Source: Nitrososphaeria archaeon (GTDB lineage: Archaea > Thermoproteota > Nitrososphaeria > JACIWG01). Taken from it: a stretch of DNA of 64,000 bases. Positions 29,311 to 37,704 of this stretch are shown one piece after another (the stretch's first letter is position 1; each line of letters begins with the position of its first letter). Both the position numbers and the translations under genes were made by a program. The DNA lies in NCBI GenBank assembly GCA_049969935.1, contig JBMFNX010000001.1, positions 1,265-65,264 of the forward strand, written 5' to 3'. The notes below the pieces were generated by a model. It was not told the DNA's origin. It saw only the letters and a program-made list of their open reading frames with translations, and ran no database searches.

Positions 29311-29646
29311 ATGGAAAAAAAAGTTTTTGAATCAATTATCGAAATAGAGAACAAGAAAAAGAGTGAAATAGAAGAAGTATTAAGGGAGGCAGAAGAAATG
29401 AGGAGAAAGGCTGAGGTTGATGGGAAAAAAATTTATGAAGAAATAATTAATAAAAGAAAAGAAGAGGGAGAAGATGAAGCAAGAAAAATAATATTGGAGG
29501 CAGAAAGAAAAAGTGAAATAGAATATAAGAGGATAATGTTAGAAGCTGAAGAGAAAAAGAAAACGTTAAGAGAAAACGTAAAAAATTGTGAGGAGGAGGC
29601 TATAAGTGAAATTTTAAAAATGCTCTTGGAAAGGTGGAAGGAATGA
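29311..29646 (+). CDS. A/V-type ATPase subunit H(G)-like coiled-coil protein
   Basis: 111-aa E/K/R-rich helix directly upstream of E- and F-like genes. Confidence 0.65.
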   Translation: MEKKVFESIIEIENKKKSEIEEVLREAEEMRRKAEVDGKKIYEEIINKRKEEGEDEARKIILEAERKSEIEYKRIMLEAEEKKKTLRENVKNCEEEAISEILKMLLERWKE

Positions 29647-30290
29647 ATAAGGTTATAAATCTTGATTCACTTTTAGAAACAATAGAAGGAGAATATGAGA
29701 GGCAAAAAAAGATGATTATAGATAAAGCTAAAGAGGATTATGAAAAAATTTTACAGAAATATAGAGATGAAGCAGATAGGAGGGCGAGAGAAGAATTTAA
29801 TAAGATTGTGGAGGAGGCGAAAAGAAAAGCCGGATTAATACTTCAGAAAAAGTTATCTGAAGCTGAGTTGAACGCGAAATGGGAATTACTTAAAGATAAG
29901 GAGGAAGCATTCCAGTATATTGTAGATAAATTTTTAGAAAAAGTTTATGAGAAACAGTATTTGGAAATGGCGAGGGAAGTTCTTTTTTGGCATATTTATA
30001 GGACTCTAAAAACACTTAATGTAGAAAAATGTGTTATTAGAGTTAATGAAAAATCAAAAAAATTAATTGACAAGGATAGTTTAAGGAAAAAATTAAAGGA
30101 AGACGGGTTAAAGATAAAGTTAAGTTTTAAAGAAGATAAAAGTATTAATGGAGAAGCGATTATAGAGGCGCTTGAAGGAAAACTGAGAGTAGACTGTTCA
30201 TTTAGAGGAATGATTGCAAAAGATGAGGACCTAATAAAAAAATTGCTTAATGAAAAAATTTTTGAAAAGAGGGTGATCAGGGATAGGTAA
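29634..30290 (+). CDS. atpE: A/V-type ATPase subunit E-like
   Basis: N-terminal coiled coil; C-terminal INGEAII...GKLRVDCSF resembles the GG.I...DG.I.VDNT motif. Confidence 0.75.
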   Translation: MEGMNKVINLDSLLETIEGEYERQKKMIIDKAKEDYEKILQKYRDEADRRAREEFNKIVEEAKRKAGLILQKKLSEAELNAKWELLKDKEEAFQYIVDKFLEKVYEKQYLEMAREVLFWHIYRTLKTLNVEKCVIRVNEKSKKLIDKDSLRKKLKEDGLKIKLSFKEDKSINGEAIIEALEGKLRVDCSFRGMIAKDEDLIKKLLNEKIFEKRVIRDR

Positions 30291-30606
30291 AGTATATGTT
30301 ATTGGAGATGAAATGGTAACCGAATTTTTTAGCGTAGCAGGCGCTGAAAAGACTTTTATACCAAGAAGTAGGGAAGAGGCAAGGACAATTTTTAGTGAAC
30401 TTTTAAAAAAGGAGGATTCAGCTCTTATCGTAATTGAGAAAAGTGTGTCCTTGTGGTTGGATGACCTAATAAATAAGCATATTTCTGAAAAAAAGAGACC
30501 GTTAATTATAACTTTGCAGTCGCCCAAAAAGGAATATAAGGAAAACCAGTTGGAGGATATAGTAAGATTGATAGAAAAGGTTACAGGCGTCAAAATTGAA
30601 ATTTAA
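30283..30606 (+). CDS. atpF: A/V-type ATPase subunit F-like (probable ATA start)
   Basis: KVYVIGDE..TEFFSVAG N-terminus lies upstream of ATG 30313; C-terminal LIEKVTGVKI. Confidence 0.8.
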   Translation: MGKVYVIGDEMVTEFFSVAGAEKTFIPRSREEARTIFSELLKKEDSALIVIEKSVSLWLDDLINKHISEKKRPLIITLQSPKKEYKENQLEDIVRLIEKVTGVKIEI

Positions 30607-30609
30607 TAG

Positions 30610-31284
30610 TTGGGGGAAAGTATGGAAATAAACACGTTTACATTATTTAGGTCATGTAATATAGGAATATTTTTAAAATGTAATGAAAAATTTGTTTTAG
30701 TTCCAAAAAATATCGCAGTTACGAAAGCAGAAAAATTGTCAACTTTTCTTGGGGTACCATACATACGCGCCTCCGTTTCTGGATTAAGACTATTAGGTCC
30801 ACTAATTGCAATGAATAGTAATGGTATTCTAGTTTCAAAGTACATTGAAGATGATGAATTAAAAAGTTTAAAGAGTGAAACAGGGTTGCCTGTAGAACGC
30901 TTTCCTTCAAACTATACAGCAGTGGGAAATCTGATTTCAGTAAATGACAAAGGAGCGATTGTATCAAACATTTTTTCATCCACTCATGTGAAGGTAATTC
31001 AAGACGTCCTTGATGTACCTACTGAAAGAATGAATGTAGCAGGATATACTACTGTAGGTTCTTTGATTTTTGCAACCAATGTTGGAGCGCTGGTACATCC
31101 ACTTACCTCAGATAGGGAGGTAGAGAAAATTAAATCAATTTTAAAGACAGAAGTAACACATTGTACAGTAAATGATGGAGTACCTTTTGTTTCATCTGGT
31201 ATATTAGGTAATTCTAAGGGAATTGTTGTAGGAAACTTAACTAACGGAACAGAACTTATGACCCTCTCAATGATTTTCAGGTAA
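30610..31284 (+). CDS. eif6: translation initiation factor 6
   Basis: NIGIF, AVGNLISVNDKGA, TVNDGVPFVSSG, TNGTEL. Confidence 0.95.
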   Translation: MGESMEINTFTLFRSCNIGIFLKCNEKFVLVPKNIAVTKAEKLSTFLGVPYIRASVSGLRLLGPLIAMNSNGILVSKYIEDDELKSLKSETGLPVERFPSNYTAVGNLISVNDKGAIVSNIFSSTHVKVIQDVLDVPTERMNVAGYTTVGSLIFATNVGALVHPLTSDREVEKIKSILKTEVTHCTVNDGVPFVSSGILGNSKGIVVGNLTNGTELMTLSMIFR

Positions 31285-31351
31285 AATTATAGTTAATCCA
31301 GTACGAAATACTTTTAATCCAATTAATCTAGACCAAATTTGTGCATCTAAA

Positions 31352-31783
31352 ATGGCAGAAAAGGAAATCGAGCAAGAATTGCAGACTAAAGTTGTTCAAT
31401 TAAAGTACCTAGAAGATTATTTACAAGATTTGCTTACAAGAGAAAATTTACTAATTACAAGTTTTAATGATATAGAAAATGCCGAGGAAACAGTTAACGA
31501 ATTGTCTAAAAAGAATGAATTTGAAACCTTAGTTTATATAGGCGGTGGAATGTACGTATATGGCCGCATAAATTCAAGAGATAGAGTACTAGTAAATGTT
31601 GGAGCAAACGTGGTTATAGAAAAGAAATTTAATGACGCACTAACATTTCTCCAAGAACGGAAAGAAGAAATTAAGCGAATTTTAAATGATATAATCCAAC
31701 AAAAGCAACAGACAGCTCTAGCTATACAAAAATTAAGAGAAGAAGTTGAGGACAACATAAGAAAAAGGCAGTCAAGTGGTTAG
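31352..31783 (+). CDS. pfdA: prefoldin alpha subunit
   Basis: LVYIGGG, VLVNVGANVVIEK between coiled coils. Confidence 0.95.
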   Translation: MAEKEIEQELQTKVVQLKYLEDYLQDLLTRENLLITSFNDIENAEETVNELSKKNEFETLVYIGGGMYVYGRINSRDRVLVNVGANVVIEKKFNDALTFLQERKEEIKRILNDIIQQKQQTALAIQKLREEVEDNIRKRQSSG

Positions 31784-31786
31784 AAA

Positions 31787-32689
31787 TTGTTTGAAAAGCT
31801 AAAAAGCGTATTTTCTTCAGTAATTTCAAATTTATCAAAAAAAGAGATTACAGAAAAAGAAGTAGATAAAGTTCTTAATGAACTTATGCTTTCATTAATA
31901 GAATGTGATGTAGCATATGAGGTTGCTGAGGAAATTGGTAAAAGGCTTAAAAATTCACTAGTAGGTAAAAAGGCATCAACCTATGAAATAAAGGAGTTGG
32001 TTCAAGAAAATCTTAGACAAACACTCCTTGAAATATTTTATGAGGCGCCAAAAATCGATATTATAGAAAAAATAAATGAGAAAAAAGAGAAAGGATTACC
32101 TTTTGTAATATTATTTTTAGGGATAAACGGAACTGGCAAAACAACTACCTTAGCAAAGCTAGCATACTTATTAAAGAAAAAGGGTTTTACTGTTGTTCTT
32201 GTATGCGGAGATACACATAGAGCCGGTTCAATAGAACAGTTAAAACAGCATGCAATGAAATTAGGACTTAAAACAATAGAGCAAAGATATGGAGCGGATC
32301 CAGCGGCTGTAGCTAGGGATGGAGTAACTTATGCGAAAATACACAAATTAGATGTTGTATTAATTGATTCTGCAGGTAGAATACAAACAGATAAAAATTT
32401 AATGGAAGAAATTTTAAAGATTGTTAGAGTTGTATCACCTGATCTAAAAATTTTTGTCGGCGATGCATTAGCTGGAAATGATGCAGTTTCCCAGAGTAGG
32501 GAATTTTTAAAGTACACAAATTTTGATGGCGTAATATTAACTAAAGTGGATGCAGATGTAAAGGGTGGGAGTGCAATTTCGATAGTCTATGTAACTAAAA
32601 GACCAATTTTATTTATAGGTACAGGCCAAAATTATGATGACCTAGAAGAATTTGTTCCCGAAAAACTTGTCGATAGCATACTTTTATAA
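31787..32689 (+). CDS. ftsY: SRP receptor FtsY
   Basis: GINGTGKTT, DSAGR, TKVDADVKGG, GTGQ. Confidence 0.97.
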   Translation: MFEKLKSVFSSVISNLSKKEITEKEVDKVLNELMLSLIECDVAYEVAEEIGKRLKNSLVGKKASTYEIKELVQENLRQTLLEIFYEAPKIDIIEKINEKKEKGLPFVILFLGINGTGKTTTLAKLAYLLKKKGFTVVLVCGDTHRAGSIEQLKQHAMKLGLKTIEQRYGADPAAVARDGVTYAKIHKLDVVLIDSAGRIQTDKNLMEEILKIVRVVSPDLKIFVGDALAGNDAVSQSREFLKYTNFDGVILTKVDADVKGGSAISIVYVTKRPILFIGTGQNYDDLEEFVPEKLVDSILL

Positions 32690-32737
32690 GAGAATAAATC
32701 TTTTTAAAACAATATTTCTAAGAGTCCATGAATTTAG

Positions 32738-33688
32738 ATGATTAGGGGTAAATCAATTCTATCTTTAATGGAACTAGATCGAAATGAAATATTAAAGATA
32801 TTAGATGTTTCAGCTAAGTTGAAAGAAAAAAGAAAAGATGGAGTTTATCCAAAACTTTTGAAAGACAAAACATTAGTTTCAATTTTCATGAAACCAAGCA
32901 CAAGGACCAGGATAAGTTTTAATGAGGCAATGCATGAGTTAGGAGGACATTGCATAGATGTTACATCGACTGAACTACAGTTAGGAAGAGGGGAAACAAT
33001 AGAGGACACAGCAAAGGTAATTTCAAGATACTGTGACGTTATAGCGGCAAGAGTGTTTTCGCATGAAGATGTAGTTAGACTTTCAAGAGCGGCCTCAGTT
33101 CCCGTCATAAATAGCTTATCAGACATGTATCATCCATGCCAAATATTAGCTGACCTTCTTACAATTAGGGAGAAAAAAGGCAAATTTAATGGAATAAAAC
33201 TTGCATACATTGGCGATGGAAATAATGTCTGTAATACATTGATTATAGGATGTACAAAAGTTGGGATCGATATAAATTTGGCTTGCCCAAAAGAATATAT
33301 GCCATCAAACGTTGTAATAAATTTTGCTTTAAAAGTTGCTGAAAGTAGCGGAAGTCACATAACATTTTATGATGACCCTCAAGAGGCTGTAAAAGATGTC
33401 GATGCAATTTATACTGATACTTTTGTTTCTATGGGACAAGAAAGTGATAAGGAGAAGAGGCTCAGAATTTTTTTGCCAAAATATCAGGTAAATGGTAAAT
33501 TGGTTGAGAAAGCAAAAAGTGATTTTATATTCATGCACTGTCTGCCAGCACACAGAAATCTGGAAGTTACAGACGAAGTAATAGATGGCACTAATTCAGT
33601 TGTATTTGATCAGGCAGAAAATAGATTGCATACACAGAAGGGGCTATTATGTCTTATTCTTTTAGAAGAAAGTGAAATCAAGATTTGA
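32738..33688 (+). CDS. argF: ornithine carbamoyltransferase
   Basis: STRTR, HPCQ, SMG, HCLPA. Confidence 0.96.
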   Translation: MIRGKSILSLMELDRNEILKILDVSAKLKEKRKDGVYPKLLKDKTLVSIFMKPSTRTRISFNEAMHELGGHCIDVTSTELQLGRGETIEDTAKVISRYCDVIAARVFSHEDVVRLSRAASVPVINSLSDMYHPCQILADLLTIREKKGKFNGIKLAYIGDGNNVCNTLIIGCTKVGIDINLACPKEYMPSNVVINFALKVAESSGSHITFYDDPQEAVKDVDAIYTDTFVSMGQESDKEKRLRIFLPKYQVNGKLVEKAKSDFIFMHCLPAHRNLEVTDEVIDGTNSVVFDQAENRLHTQKGLLCLILLEESEIKI

Positions 33689-34503
33689 AAATAACATTCA
33701 TTGCTTCATACAATGATCATGCTAGCATAAACATTGCAGAAAATGTTATTGAAAGATTTCAATTAATGGAGAAGGAAAAAATTTCAAAGTTTAAATTTTT
33801 TGAAAAAGGGAACTTTAAACTTGTTTACATAGATGAAGAAGGCATATTCTTGGACAGATTAAGTATTCATTATGATGCTGACCTCATTATAGTCTTATCT
33901 AAGCATATGAGTAGTGAAGGAGTAAGTTCATTAACAGTTCATCCAACCGGAAACTTACTAAATAGTTCAGAATACGGTGGAAAAGCAAAGCATGTCTCAT
34001 ATACTAATCCGTGGTACATGTCTGAATATTTTTTAAACTTGGTTGAAGTTTTAGGAAAAGAAAGTAGTTTGCAAGTAAAAGCATCCTTAGAAGTTACACA
34101 CCATGGACCAACTGAAATTGATATTCCACTTTTCTTTGTAGAAATTGGAAGTAATATACACTATTGGACAAACAGGCAACTAGGAGCTAAAGTTGCAGAT
34201 GCACTCTATAACACATTAACTAAAAATATTAGGAAGAAAGATGCATTTGTAGGGTTTGGAGGAGGGCATTATGCACCAGCTTTTTCACATTATCTCCAAA
34301 AGGAGGATGTGGTTATAGGCCATATGGTTCCCAAATACGCGATCTATGATGAAATTGATGAGAAATTATTGCTTACACTATTTAAAAAAAGTTTATTAGA
34401 AAAACCAAGAGCATTAGTTGATAAAAAGGGTTTAACATCAAAAAGGTTTACAGAACTTATTTCATTCTTTGAAAAATATTCAATAGAATTTTTAAAAATA
34501 TGA
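33685..34503 (+). CDS. dtdA: D-aminoacyl-tRNA deacylase (DTD2)
   Basis: SKH, LTVHPTGN, EVTHHGP, FVEIGS, GGGHY. Confidence 0.95.
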   Translation: MKITFIASYNDHASINIAENVIERFQLMEKEKISKFKFFEKGNFKLVYIDEEGIFLDRLSIHYDADLIIVLSKHMSSEGVSSLTVHPTGNLLNSSEYGGKAKHVSYTNPWYMSEYFLNLVEVLGKESSLQVKASLEVTHHGPTEIDIPLFFVEIGSNIHYWTNRQLGAKVADALYNTLTKNIRKKDAFVGFGGGHYAPAFSHYLQKEDVVIGHMVPKYAIYDEIDEKLLLTLFKKSLLEKPRALVDKKGLTSKRFTELISFFEKYSIEFLKI

Positions 34504-34584
34504 TAACGAATTTTAGAGGATTACGTTTACGGAGCTTTAAGATTTAATAGGATGCAGAAGTAGGGGGTTTATGTGCGATGATTA

Positions 34585-34761
34585 ATGAAGATTAAGGAAC
34601 TTTTAAATTCTATGATAAACACATTACGTTTGACTAGAAAAACAAGTTTTGAAGAATTTAAACTTTATCTTAAATTAGTGTTTATAGGAGTAGGAGTAGT
34701 TGGAGGTATAGGGTTTATAATAAAGGTTATAGCAAGCTTTTTAACTCTTGGAAGGAGGTAA
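34585..34761 (+). CDS. secE: protein translocase subunit SecE (Sec61 gamma)
   Basis: Not in ORF track; MKIKELLNSMINTLRLTRKTSFEEFKLYLKLVFIGVGVVGGIGFII...; canonical position before spt5. Confidence 0.92.
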   Translation: MKIKELLNSMINTLRLTRKTSFEEFKLYLKLVFIGVGVVGGIGFIIKVIASFLTLGRR

Positions 34762-34768
34762 AAAAATT

Positions 34769-35215
34769 ATGGAAAGCCAATTTTTTGCAGTTCGAACAAC
34801 AGGTGGCCAAGAAGAAAATGTGGCAGAATTTATTTACAAAAATGCAATTTTTAACAAAAAGGAGATATACAGTATTATACACATTCCTTCACAGAAAGGT
34901 TATCTAGTTATTGAGGCCAAAAATGGTCAAGATGTAAGGGAGACAATAGCTGGAGTAAAACATGTTAAAGAACTTGTACCAGGTTTGCTAAAGCTTGAAG
35001 ATTTTGACAAGCTTCTAATAAAAAAGCCGGCAATAGCAGAGTTCACAATAGGAGAAGTAGTTGATATTATAATGGGTCCATTTAAGGGTATGAAAGCAAA
35101 GATAACAAAAATTGATTTAACAAAGATGGAGGTTACCGTCATGCTTTTGGATGCACCTTATCCGCTTACATTAACTGTGGACGCAAGCTATTTAAAACCA
35201 AGTAAAAAAGGGTGA
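34769..35215 (+). CDS. spt5: transcription elongation factor Spt5
   Basis: AVRTTGGQE, KGYLVIE, GPFKGM KOW motif. Confidence 0.97.
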   Translation: MESQFFAVRTTGGQEENVAEFIYKNAIFNKKEIYSIIHIPSQKGYLVIEAKNGQDVRETIAGVKHVKELVPGLLKLEDFDKLLIKKPAIAEFTIGEVVDIIMGPFKGMKAKITKIDLTKMEVTVMLLDAPYPLTLTVDASYLKPSKKG

Positions 35216-35218
35216 TTA

Positions 35219-35728
35219 ATGTTGGGTGAAAAGAAAACTGTAAATGTATTGGTAACTGGAGGGGAGGCTACAGCCGGACCACCTCTTGGACCTGCACTAG
35301 GACCATTAGGTGTAAATGTTGTAGCAATTGTTAAGGAGATAAACGAAATGACAAAAGAATATGCTGGAATGCGTGTGCCAGTAACGGTAGAAGTTGATGT
35401 TGACAGTAAAGCATATAGTATAAAAGTGGGAATACCTACTACTGCAGCATTACTTGCAAAAGAGGCGCGAATAGAAAAGGGTTCAGGTACACCAGGTAAG
35501 GATTTTGTTGGAAACATTTCATTCGATCAGTTGCTAAAAATTGCGAATATATGCATGCAAAAATCATATTCTACTTCATTGAAGGCTGCGGCGTGTGAAG
35601 TTCTAGGTTCCTGTGTAAGTATGGGTATAAAAGTTGATGATAAGCCACCAAAACAAGTCCTTAAGGAAATTAAGGATGGATTATATGACAAGAAGATTGA
35701 TGAGTGGGTGCAAAAAGTAAAATTTTAA
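35219..35728 (+). CDS. rpl11: 50S ribosomal protein uL11
   Basis: GPPLGPALGPLGVN, GSCVSMG. Confidence 0.98.
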   Translation: MLGEKKTVNVLVTGGEATAGPPLGPALGPLGVNVVAIVKEINEMTKEYAGMRVPVTVEVDVDSKAYSIKVGIPTTAALLAKEARIEKGSGTPGKDFVGNISFDQLLKIANICMQKSYSTSLKAAACEVLGSCVSMGIKVDDKPPKQVLKEIKDGLYDKKIDEWVQKVKF

Positions 35729-35767
35729 AAACAGGAAACTTTTGGATGAAGGTTGTCGTGAATAAAC

Positions 35768-36427
35768 TTGATAACAAAAAATCAATTAATTTCCTTGGTA
35801 AAGACTGTAAAGAATAATGCTGTTAAAAGAAACTTTAAACAATCCTATGAGCTTATAATTACATTAAAAAATATAGATTTTAAAAAACAGAATGTCGCAA
35901 TTAATGAAATCATTCAATTACCATTCTTTTCTGGCACACCTAAAAAAATTTGCTTTATAGGCACTGGTGAACTCGCACTGAGAGCAAAAAACGCAGGAGT
36001 AGACCTAGTTTTAGAACCTGAACAATTAGATAAACTTCAAGGCAATAAAAAAGAGGCTAAAAAGTTAGCTAAGGAGTATGATTTCTTTCTAGCAGATCCA
36101 ACACTCATGGCAAGAGTGGGAAAGATTTTAGGCCAATTTTTGGGACCGAGCGGCAAAATGCCTATTCCAGTACCTCCCACAAGCCCCTTAGAAGAAATGG
36201 TTAAAAGATATAGAAATTCTATTAGGGTTAGAACACGTGGACAACTTTCTGTGGCAGCAAAAGTTGGAGACGAATCACTTACAGATGAGCAGATTGCAGA
36301 AAATGCACTTGCAGTATACAATGCTATAGAAAGAAAATTGCCAGAGGGAGAAAAGAATGTTAGGAAGATTTATTTGAAACTAAGTATGTCAAAACCGGTT
36401 GAAATGGTGGTAGGTGTTAAGGAATGA
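35768..36427 (+). CDS. rpl1: 50S ribosomal protein uL1
   Basis: KRNFKQS, LGPSGKMP, KLSMS. Confidence 0.97.
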   Translation: MITKNQLISLVKTVKNNAVKRNFKQSYELIITLKNIDFKKQNVAINEIIQLPFFSGTPKKICFIGTGELALRAKNAGVDLVLEPEQLDKLQGNKKEAKKLAKEYDFFLADPTLMARVGKILGQFLGPSGKMPIPVPPTSPLEEMVKRYRNSIRVRTRGQLSVAAKVGDESLTDEQIAENALAVYNAIERKLPEGEKNVRKIYLKLSMSKPVEMVVGVKE

Positions 36428-37287
36428 GTAAAAGAACAACTTATCCTCCAAAGAAAGAGAAAATGTTTTCTCAGATTCAGGAGCTCTCACAAAAATATAA
36501 TTACTTGTGCATTTCAAAATTAGAAAAAGTTCGTTCAGTACAGTTAATGATGCTGAGGAAGATGTTAAAGGATAATGCAAAATTTATGGTTGTGAAAAAT
36601 AAGATAGCGTTAAGAGCATTATCTAATACAAAATTTGGTTATGATTTACAATTAGAAGGGAAACTTAAAGGACAAACATTACTGATTTTCACAAACCAGA
36701 ATCCCTTTAAACTTTCACTCACGTTATCTAAGAATAAAGTTTCATTACCAGCAAAGGCAGGAGATATAGCCACCGACGATATAATTATACCAGCGGGAAA
36801 TACTGGATTACAGCCGGGACCAATTCTTAGCGAATTTAAAGAGGCAGGTGTGCCAACAAAAATAGATAGTGGAAGCATATGGGTTGCTAAGGATACTGTA
36901 GTAGCAAAAAAGGGAGATGTTATTTCACCTAAATTAGCTGGTCTATTAAGTAAGCTTAACATGAAGCCAGTAAAGGCAGGTTTAACTGTTTCATTTGCAT
37001 TTATGGACGGTATTACATTAGGAGAACAAGATCTAATGTTAGACCTCGAAAAAATTAGAAAGGATATACAATCAGCATATTTAGAGGCAAAAAATCTCGC
37101 AATAAATTCAAACTACTTTACAAGAGATACAATTATTGAATTATTAAATAAAGCATATCAACAAGCATGGAGGCTGTCATTAAATGTGGAATACATAACA
37201 AGAGAAAATGTGGCAACATTGTTGCAAAAATATGAGCTTATAGGAAAACAGATTTACGAAAAATTGAAAGAAAAGGGATATAATTGA
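36424..37287 (+). CDS. rpl10: 50S ribosomal protein uL10 (P0)
   Basis: VVKN, AKAGDIA, NTGLQPGP; three C-terminal stalk helices. Confidence 0.97.
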   Translation: MSKRTTYPPKKEKMFSQIQELSQKYNYLCISKLEKVRSVQLMMLRKMLKDNAKFMVVKNKIALRALSNTKFGYDLQLEGKLKGQTLLIFTNQNPFKLSLTLSKNKVSLPAKAGDIATDDIIIPAGNTGLQPGPILSEFKEAGVPTKIDSGSIWVAKDTVVAKKGDVISPKLAGLLSKLNMKPVKAGLTVSFAFMDGITLGEQDLMLDLEKIRKDIQSAYLEAKNLAINSNYFTRDTIIELLNKAYQQAWRLSLNVEYITRENVATLLQKYELIGKQIYEKLKEKGYN

Positions 37288-37288
37288 T

Positions 37289-37600
37289 TTATCCGAAGAG
37301 CGCTGCCAACCCTTCAACAGCTTCTTCTTGAGCTACTTCTTTTTTCTTCTCTTCCTCTACCTTTTCCTTCTTTTCTTCAACAGGTTGTGATGTGGGCTGT
37401 ACGGTAGCAGTTGTTATTGGAAGCGACGTTACCGATTTCAACGCCTCATCTATGTTAACTTCACTTAATGCTGCCACGAGGGCTTTTATTTTTGCTTGAT
37501 TAGGTTCAACGCCAGCGGCCGAAATTACTTTGGCAATATTTTCTTCATTTATTTCCTTACCTAACTTATGTAATATTAATGCAGCATACACGTATTCCAT
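37289..37600 (-). CDS. rpl12: 50S ribosomal stalk protein P1 (aL12)
   Basis: [12 protein letters not shown]-terminus, EGLAALFG C-terminus. Confidence 0.98.
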   Translation of the reverse strand: MEYVYAALILHKLGKEINEENIAKVISAAGVEPNQAKIKALVAALSEVNIDEALKSVTSLPITTATVQPTSQPVEEKKEKVEEEKKKEVAQEEAVEGLAALFG

Positions 37601-37704
37601 TTTTTATCAGCTCTGCATAACTGCTTATTAGACCAGTATTTAAAAGATTTTCCTTTTTAAAAGAGAAAAGACTATATTAGTATGTTTGTGTGGGTATCAT
37701 CATA

